Assembly (NCBI RefSeq): GCF_000284455.1
Contig: NC_017039.1
Location: 960,001-992,000 of the forward strand
Length of the DNA stretch: 32,000 nt
Direction of reading: 5' to 3'
DNA from: Synechocystis sp. PCC 6803 substr. PCC-P
GTDB taxonomy: Bacteria; Cyanobacteriota; Cyanobacteriia; Cyanobacteriales; Microcystaceae
A program made the position numbers and the translations under genes. Numbering within the stretch: the first letter of the stretch is position 1; each line of letters begins with the position of its first letter. Of this stretch, positions 27,995-32,000 are shown piece by piece. The notes beneath the pieces were generated by a model, which was not told the origin of the DNA, did not search any database, and saw nothing but the letters and a program-made list of their open reading frames with translations.

Positions 27995-28201
27995 TTATTT
28001 TTTGCCGGCCGCAGGATCGTTCTCCCCTAGTTCTACATCCACTACTTCAGTGCTATCCACATCTTGGGTTTGTAACTCTTCTTTGAAACCGCGCAGGGTT
28101 TTGCCCAACGCTCCCCCCAATTCTGGAATTCTCTTGGGACCAAAAATGATGATTACTACCCCTAAAATCAGCAGAATTTCTGGCCAACCTAATCCAAACA
28201 T
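27995..28201 (-). CDS. tatA: Sec-independent (Tat) translocase subunit TatA/B/E-like
   Basis: MFGLGWPEILLILGVVIIIFGPKRIPELGGALGKTLRGFKEEL; ATG at 28201. Confidence 0.93.
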   Translation of the reverse strand: MFGLGWPEILLILGVVIIIFGPKRIPELGGALGKTLRGFKEELQTQDVDSTEVVDVELGENDPAAGKK

Positions 28202-28326
28202 TTTTTGCTCCTGGAGGGTCACAACGTCCTCCCATCATACTCTGAAGGTTTACCCAAATTGAGTTTGAGTTGTTTTGAGTAAACTGTTCGAGGCTATGGC
28301 CCCAGGGACCCAGGGCATGGAGAAAA

Positions 28327-29760
28327 TTAATTCCCGCTTTGTAGTTTCTGCACCAAATCGTTAAATGGTTGCCAATTATCATCTTCGGCGATCGCCTGCC
28401 AAACGGTTTCAATGCGGGGCCGGAGTAGATCGGTAAGGGGGTTGGCTTGCTCAAGCACAGTGGGCACTGCCGCCAAGGATTCCGGAGGCAATTGCTTTAA
28501 CACCTGTTGGTATATCGATCGCCAAGTTGACCAATCTGCCCCTAGTAAATCGACATTTTCCAAAATCAAATCGGCATTGTCTCGCCAACTAGGGCTGAAA
28601 TTAAGCCGCAATTGGGCAAAAAAGTCCGGGTAACTCCATTGGCTTTGGGCTAAACATTGCAGGGTCTGACCCACTAATTTTTCCCATAACTCCGGGTCTA
28701 GGCGATCGCCAAGGGTGGAGGAAATACCAAGGCGGCGGGCTATTAAGGTGATGTAGTAGCCTAAATAAATTTTTTCGTAGTCTTCCAATGCCTCTGTCAT
28801 CGCTTTGCTGGGAATGACGGAACTTAGGGATACTTGTAGGCGTTCCAAATTCCAGCGACAGACAGCGGGTTGATTACCAAAGCGGTAGCGACCACCATAG
28901 TCAAAATAGGCGGCAATAAAATTTAAATCGTAGGTGGGCACAAAACCATAGGGGCCGTAATCAAAGCTTTCCCCGGTGATGGACATATTGTCCGTGTTTA
29001 AAACCCCATGGCAAAATCCCGCCGCCATCCATTGGGCCACCAACTTGGCCACCCGCTCCACCAAAACTCGGAAAAAAGCAATATGGGCTGAATCATCGGA
29101 GTTGGAGCCAGAAACCTCTGGATAGTAGGTTACAATTACGTGATCCAGTAGTTGTGCAATCTGTTCCGTTTGGTGATGGTAATGGAGTCGCTCAAAAGTA
29201 CCAAAACGAATGTGGGAACGGCTAAAGCGGATCATTACCGACGCCCTAGTAGGGGAAGGCTCATCCCCCCGCCACAAGGAATCCCCCGTTTCCACTAAAC
29301 TCAGACAACGAGAAGTTTTTACCCCCAAACGATGCAACGCCTCAGCGGCCAACACTTCCCTTACCCCACCTTTGAGGGTTAGGCGGCCATCACCGCCCCG
29401 GGAATAGGGAGTCTGGCCAGAGCCTTTGGTGCCAAAATCGAATAATTCCCCGTTTACTCCCCGCACTTGGCCGTAGAGAAAACCCCGACCGTCACCCAAA
29501 TTAGGATTATATTCACCGAATTGGTAACCGTGGTAACGCAGAGCTAAAAATGGCCTTACCCCATGGAATAAACCGAAAGCTTCAACGAAATTATCATCCT
29601 TAACCTGACTTGGCTCCAGACCCAACATGGGCAACAGGCGATCGTTACGGAATCTCAGTTTATGCTCAGGAAAAGTCGCTGCTGACACTGGGTCAAAAAA
29701 TTCATTGCCCAAGGATTCTAAAGCAGGTTCGTAGGTCAAATTCAGAAAGGGATTAGTCAC
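28327..29760 (-). CDS. selO: SelO family protein adenylyltransferase (YdiU/UPF0061)
   Basis: FGLFHGVRPFLALRYHGYQFGEYNPNLGDGRG..., TKGSGQTPYSRGGDGRLTLKGGVREVLAAEALHRLGVKTSRCLSLVETG, FCHGVLNTDNMSITGESFDYGPYGF. Confidence 0.95.
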   Translation of the reverse strand: MTNPFLNLTYEPALESLGNEFFDPVSAATFPEHKLRFRNDRLLPMLGLEPSQVKDDNFVEAFGLFHGVRPFLALRYHGYQFGEYNPNLGDGRGFLYGQVRGVNGELFDFGTKGSGQTPYSRGGDGRLTLKGGVREVLAAEALHRLGVKTSRCLSLVETGDSLWRGDEPSPTRASVMIRFSRSHIRFGTFERLHYHHQTEQIAQLLDHVIVTYYPEVSGSNSDDSAHIAFFRVLVERVAKLVAQWMAAGFCHGVLNTDNMSITGESFDYGPYGFVPTYDLNFIAAYFDYGGRYRFGNQPAVCRWNLERLQVSLSSVIPSKAMTEALEDYEKIYLGYYITLIARRLGISSTLGDRLDPELWEKLVGQTLQCLAQSQWSYPDFFAQLRLNFSPSWRDNADLILENVDLLGADWSTWRSIYQQVLKQLPPESLAAVPTVLEQANPLTDLLRPRIETVWQAIAEDDNWQPFNDLVQKLQSGN

Positions 29761-29971
29761 AAAAAACTCAGATTATAAAAACAATATGCCCTGGTCCGGA
29801 AGCGTTAATTACAGAGGGAATGCTAGAACTGTCTAGGTTAGTTGCTTATTCTATTCCCACTCAAAAGCCGCCATGGATAACGTGCCATGGCCGGAGCTTT
29901 AGCGGGGAGATTTAGGGAACAAACTGGAACTTTGCAAACAGGTTTTTAAAGGGAGCAAAAAAGCAAGTTCC

Positions 29972-31858
29972 TTATACCACTAGGGTGCCAGGAGCTTGAA
30001 CCTGGCCCAATAGGTGATGTAGTTCTTCCCCTTCAATGACCTCTTTTTCAAGAATTTTTTCGGCGATCGCCTCTAGTAAATCTCGATTGTGCTCCAGAAT
30101 TGCCAAAGCTTGGTTATGGCCCTGCTCAACGATTTCTTTGACCTCTAGGTCAATTTCTTTGGCAGTGTCGTCACTGACCATGCGCCGGGGATTACCCATG
30201 CCCTGCCCCAGAAAGTTATTTTGCTGACCTTTATCGTAGGCGAGGGGGCCCAAAACCTTACTCATGCCATAGGTGGTGACCATCTGTTCTGCTAAGTCCG
30301 TGGCCCGTTGTAAATCATTGGCCGCGCCAGTGGTGATGCTGTCAAAAACAATTTCTTCGGCGGCCCTTCCCCCCAGCAGAGTGGCAATTTGGTCCCGTAG
30401 CTCAGACTCGTTTAACAAAAAGCGGTCTTCTGTGGGCATCTGTAGGGTATAACCCAGGGCGGCCATCCCCCGGGGCACAATGGAAATTTTCGCCACCTGA
30501 CCACCGCCGGGCATCACTGCTCCCACTAGTGCGTGGCCCACTTCATGGTAGGCAACAATTTTTTTCTCCTTATCCGACAGCACCCGACTTTTCTTCTCCA
30601 AGCCAGCCACCACCCGTTCGATCGCCTCGCGGAAATCGGCTTCGGTAACGCTATCTTGCTTATTCCTAGCGGCTAGCAGTGCCGCTTCGTTGACTAAGTT
30701 AGCCAAGTCAGCCCCGGCAAAACCAGGGGTACGGGTGGCAATATTTTTTAATTCCACCTCTTTGTCCAATTTAATTTTCTTGGCATAAATTTCTAAAATT
30801 TTCAGCCTGCCCGCCAAATCTGGCCGGTCCACCAATACCTGGCGATCGAAACGGCCAGGACGCAGTAAAGCTGGATCCAAGGTTTCCGGGCGGTTAGTGG
30901 CCGCCAATACAATCACCGTTGCCCCCGCCGCACTGAACCCATCCATTTCCGTCAGCAGTTGGTTGAGGGTTTGTTCTCGCTCATCGTTACCACCCATAAA
31001 AGCGCCGCTGGCCCGGGATTTACCAATGGCATCCAATTCGTCAATGAAGACAATGCAAGGGGCTTGTTTTTTGGCTTGCTCAAATAAATCCCGCACCCTG
31101 GCGGCCCCTGCGCCCACAAATAACTCCACAAATTCAGAACCAGAAATGATGAAAAATGGCACCCCTGCTTCCCCCGCCGCCGCTTTAGCCAGTAGGGTTT
31201 TGCCTGTGCCGGGAGGCCCGACTAGCAATACGCCTTTAGGAATTTTTGCTCCCAGGGCGGTGTAACGTTGGGGAAATTTGAGAAAATCCACCACTTCGCT
31301 CAATTCCGTTTTGGCTTCTTCCACCCCGGCCACGTCGTCAAAGGTGACTTTAGTGGAGTCCCCTTCCACATAAACTTTCGCTTTACTTTTAGTGAAGGCC
31401 AAAGCCCCACCGGGAGCACCGTTATTATTGCGGTTCAAGAAAAATGACCAAATACCAACAAAAATCAGCGGAGGGATAACCCAACTCAAAAGGGTGCCAA
31501 ACCAAGAATTTTTCGCTGGGGGAGCGGCCGCAAACTCAATGCCCTTGGCCTCCAAGCGCTTGGGTAACTCCAGATCAAAAATGGGAGTAGTTCTTAAAAT
31601 TTGCCCCTCGGCGGCTTTTTCTTTCCCCTCATCCTCTGCTTCCGGTTTGAGTTGATAGCGAATCTCGTTTTGTCCTACGTAAACGCTGGCTACCTTGTCC
31701 CCTTCCACCTGGTCAATGAAAAGACTGTAGGGCACCTGGGGCGGTTGGGAGCGAAATAATGCCGGGGCAAGCAAGTTCACTAACAGATAAATGGTGGAGC
31801 CCCACAGCAGGACGCTAGCAAGGCGACGTTGCCATTGGGGTTGGGGTTTGATGGCCAT
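29972..31858 (-). CDS. ftsH4: ATP-dependent zinc metalloprotease FtsH (FtsH4-type)
   Basis: N-terminal TM segments, Walker [26 protein letters not shown] region, HEVGH zinc motif in [17 protein letters not shown]. Confidence 0.95.
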   Translation of the reverse strand: MAIKPQPQWQRRLASVLLWGSTIYLLVNLLAPALFRSQPPQVPYSLFIDQVEGDKVASVYVGQNEIRYQLKPEAEDEGKEKAAEGQILRTTPIFDLELPKRLEAKGIEFAAAPPAKNSWFGTLLSWVIPPLIFVGIWSFFLNRNNNGAPGGALAFTKSKAKVYVEGDSTKVTFDDVAGVEEAKTELSEVVDFLKFPQRYTALGAKIPKGVLLVGPPGTGKTLLAKAAAGEAGVPFFIISGSEFVELFVGAGAARVRDLFEQAKKQAPCIVFIDELDAIGKSRASGAFMGGNDEREQTLNQLLTEMDGFSAAGATVIVLAATNRPETLDPALLRPGRFDRQVLVDRPDLAGRLKILEIYAKKIKLDKEVELKNIATRTPGFAGADLANLVNEAALLAARNKQDSVTEADFREAIERVVAGLEKKSRVLSDKEKKIVAYHEVGHALVGAVMPGGGQVAKISIVPRGMAALGYTLQMPTEDRFLLNESELRDQIATLLGGRAAEEIVFDSITTGAANDLQRATDLAEQMVTTYGMSKVLGPLAYDKGQQNNFLGQGMGNPRRMVSDDTAKEIDLEVKEIVEQGHNQALAILEHNRDLLEAIAEKILEKEVIEGEELHHLLGQVQAPGTLVV

Positions 31859-32000
31859 GGGTTGGGAGAAGAGTAACTGAACAAGAAAAATCTGGCGATC
31901 GGGTTGATCGGCCTTTCCCCATCATATCCCTAAGGCAAGGCGATATTTTTGGGCTATGGTTTTCAGTCTAGGGCTTGGGGATTGGAGTCCTAACAAATAC

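Noticed and set aside
28053-28454. 133-aa minus-strand ORF overlapping tatA and the selO 3' end
   Set aside because: Out of frame with both real genes; start region and composition look non-coding.
30897-31265. 122-aa plus-strand ORF inside ftsH4
   Set aside because: Reverse-strand shadow of the conserved AAA domain; low-complexity Ala/Ser/Pro-rich translation.

Overview
The window is a cyanobacterial chromosome segment. Protein content, dense HIP1 palindromes (GCGATCGC) and gene order match Synechocystis sp. PCC 6803 or a near-identical strain; this is my recognition, not a database result. Most of it is ordinary housekeeping and photosynthesis-related sequence: porin 3' end, cysK, zwf, uvrA, a CobD/HisC-like aminotransferase, HU, a GNAT protein, a GH57-like protein, recQ, a family 2 glycosyltransferase, cbiD, a CSP41-like epimerase-fold protein, a coiled-coil/nuclease-fold protein, ispF, a MATE/DinF transporter, crtR, hliB-lilA, sigG-anti-sigma-permease, tRNA-Leu(GAG), a GT4 glycosyltransferase, tatA, selO and ftsH4. 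The accessory part is about 6.1-10.0 kb. It holds a large stand-alone P-loop ATPase (Sll1717 family), an IS5-family element, a VapBC-like toxin-antitoxin pair and small leftover ORFs. The signals most worth a second look are: (1) the Sll1717-type ATPase beside an IS and a TA pair; (2) a ~109-bp MITE-like element at ~15892-16000 whose termini match those of the IS at 7804-8674; (3) three TTACA half-sites at exactly 10-bp spacing upstream of hliB, plus a GTTACA/TGTAAC inverted pair between hliB and crtR; (4) a small unannotated RHH-like ORF upstream of the TA pair; (5) an aminotransferase that looks more like threonine-phosphate decarboxylase (CobD) than HisC. I see no convincing evidence for a wholly new multi-gene system.
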